From positions 744,001 through 808,000 of the forward strand of contig JAQGDQ010002368.1 of the NCBI GenBank assembly GCA_030141605.1: a stretch of 64,000 nt of DNA, in the 5' to 3' direction. Within the stretch, counting starts at the first letter, position 1. Each line of letters begins with the position of its first letter. The notes beneath the pieces were generated by a model that was given only the letters and a program-made list of their open reading frames with translations, ran no database searches and was not told where the DNA came from. This document shows, piece after piece, positions 61,801 to 64,000 of this stretch. Origin of the DNA: Tubiluchus corallicola (lineage: Eukaryota; Animalia; Priapulida). Position numbers and translations under genes: made by a program.

Positions 61801-64000
61801 AAGCATCTGTAACATCAATGATGTAATTTGCATGCGATTGCATTATTTTCTTGTAATATCATGATCAAAACTTCAGCACATTTTTATATGCCACCTAATA
61901 TTAGTTGTTTTCCCGTTCATACTATGTAATGCTCAAGCTTCATTTCCTCATTATCTTGAAAAATTTGCCAGTGTTATTTCACGCTAGAAACATTGTAGAT
62001 TTTCACTTTATAAACTACATGCTCTTTTTGCACTTTTCTGCTGTTTCTTCCGGTATATCACCTAAAGAAATTTTACTGTTTTCCATTGTGCTATCTAAGT
62101 AAATTTTACTATTTTATTTTATTGTATAACCTTAGATACAGACATTTTGGGAATTCTACACAAGATTTGATGCAGTGGCAAAAGCTCCACATGCCATACG
62201 AGTTTTCAAAACCTTCACTTACATGCTATTTATGATTCATATACAAACCTGTGCATTCTATGCTTTCTCTGAATATGAAAGAAACCAGGGAATTGTATCT
62301 GACTGGATACACAAAAATGAAGGCAACGCGTAAGTTTACCATCTTGCCAACTTCTTAAAAAGAAGCACAGTAAAAAGCTGGAAAATAATGTCAAATGGCC
62401 ACCGCTGATTATTTAATGATATTAGCATAATTAACTAGGTTTTGAGATCAGCATATAAAATACAAATTTTTTGCCTTCAATAATTAAATTAATTAAATTA
62501 TGAAAAGTTTTAAATTGGTAATGCAAGTCGTCTTATGACAATACAGAAAAATGTCTATATGCTGAGCAATGATTGTTCAGTCTGCTTTTATAATAATAAT
62601 ACTACAAATGTGCTGCTACCTATATGTTTGTGGAATGTTGATTCTTATTATGTAGCTCAGTATTCTGTTTTTTCTTTGCCTTGTAACTTATGTTACTGGA
62701 TTACAGGTATATACGATGCTTCTACTTTGCAACTAAAACAGCAACATCTATAGGAAATAATCCAAAACCAGAACAGTTAAATGAGTTCTTGTACATGACA
62801 GTGTCTTGGTTACTAGGAGTTTTCGTCTTTGCTTTACTTATTGGTCAGGTACATTTCTACATACATTTTGGCTTGCAAATTATTCACTGTCAGTGAACTA
62901 TTTCAATGTTGCGCTGAAACAAATCTCCAATCATTTATTTAACATGAAATCTTGGAATAAGCTTCTAGCATAATTTTGGGACTGCAACAAAATTAAACTA
63001 TAATTAAAATACTCCTTACCTGTACAATTGAATGCATACTTGAACATTTCTGTATGTATTCAATTGTATATGCAAAGGTTATTTTTATTTTGATATAATT
63101 CTTTTGAAGCATCATGTTAAATAAATATTGAAATGTTTTGCAGTTCTGCCTGCTTTCATTGGAGATTTAAATTAATTCGTTATTTTACTGTTATACTATA
63201 ACTGTTGTTCATTACATACCCTAAACAACGAACATTCACATTTCCAAGAATAGTGAATAGCTATAGCTGTTAATATTTTGGTTTCGTATTTTGCTTTTCA
63301 GTATTTGTGTAAGCGCATTTTGCACTTTTAGGTTAGGGATATTTTCCAAGCTGCAAGAATGACAAAGACTGAATATCGAAAGACTATGGATATAACCATA
63401 AACTATATGCAGAATCTGAAAGTTCCTTCAGACCTTCAGGATCGAGTCAGACTGTGGTTTAACTATAACTGGGAACAGCAGAAAACATTGAGTGTGTTTT
63501 TATTTTTTAACATAATTTTTCGCATTTCTGAAAGAAACTTTTCTCTAACAAAACTTAAAAAGTTTGTAACTCTGAATCTCTGGTTTTTACATCTGATATT
63601 TTCTGGTGTTTTGCCGGTTTTTTTCTGCTACATTGTGCTGCATTTATTTTATATTTAATTGCTGTATGTCTAATAATAATTGTAAGAAAAATTTTCGTTT
63701 TTGCAAGATATATGCATGTAACATTTACAGTATCAGTTCAAGTAACAAATTGAACAAGTCCCATATCTACATAAATGCAGAGATAGAAGAGAGATTAAAA
63801 TGACTATAACATTGAGAAATTATCACCAATGTACATTTTGAACATTAAAATTATATTCTCTCCGCTTGAATATTTCTGGTTTGTGCCTGTGGTAGTGATT
63901 CTGTTATGGTTCTGCCTTTTACGCAGTCTAGTGATTGCCTTCTTTTCTAGACGAGAATGCAGCCCTTCAAATTCTGCCATTGAAGATGAGAACAGATATG
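55806..64000 (+). CDS. CNGB: Cyclic nucleotide-gated channel beta subunit (CNGB/TAX-2-like); continues beyond right edge
   Basis: Exons 55806-55918, 56274-56461, 57937-58141, 59214-59353 ([26 protein letters not shown]-terminal helix), 59456-59620, 60099-60307 (S1-S2), 60644-60694, 61001-61087 (S4 MLRLPRLLK), 62136-62329, 62707-62848 (pore [14 protein letters not shown]6 [12 protein letters not shown]), 63332-63491 (C-linker [16 protein letters not shown]), 63951->64000. The pore lacks the CNGA glutamate (TIGETP). The first three exons are less certain but phase-compatible. Confidence 0.9.
58820..58950. repeat. (GGT)n-(GAT)n trinucleotide microsatellite in CNGB intron 3
   Basis: Direct reading. 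Confidence 0.95.
61580..61715 (+). mobile_element. Degraded Tc1/mariner-family transposase C-terminus
   Basis: Reads EKVY... and [12 protein letters not shown], like the C-terminal CI..NGGH.EH motif of Tc1/mariner-superfamily transposases; frame broken. Confidence 0.45.

Overview
AT-rich, intron-rich genomic DNA from an invertebrate animal; the exact taxon cannot be fixed from sequence alone. Gene models were built by hand from splice sites and phase matching. The left half is a minus-strand tandem array of white-like ABCG half-transporter genes: copy A (exons 1-8, running off the left edge), copy B (complete, 19 exons, ~683-686 aa, a recent near-identical duplicate of A at ~12.06 kb offset), a two-exon relic D, and a more diverged complete copy C (19 exons, ~686 aa). 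Head-to-head with C is a small 4-exon plus-strand gene that the ORF track does not assemble; it encodes a 113-aa predicted secreted protein with a single PAN/Apple-type cysteine motif. The right half holds PSMB3 (minus, 205 aa), MOB4/phocein (plus, 222 aa) and the 5' part of a CNG channel beta subunit (plus, running off the right edge). Mobile DNA includes three copies of a TTAA-flanked Kolobok-like non-autonomous element, a TAA-flanked MITE at the A/B duplication breakpoint, a HINE/pearl-like element, LINE and Tc1 relics, and several microsatellites. No rRNA, tRNA or CRISPR array was recognised.
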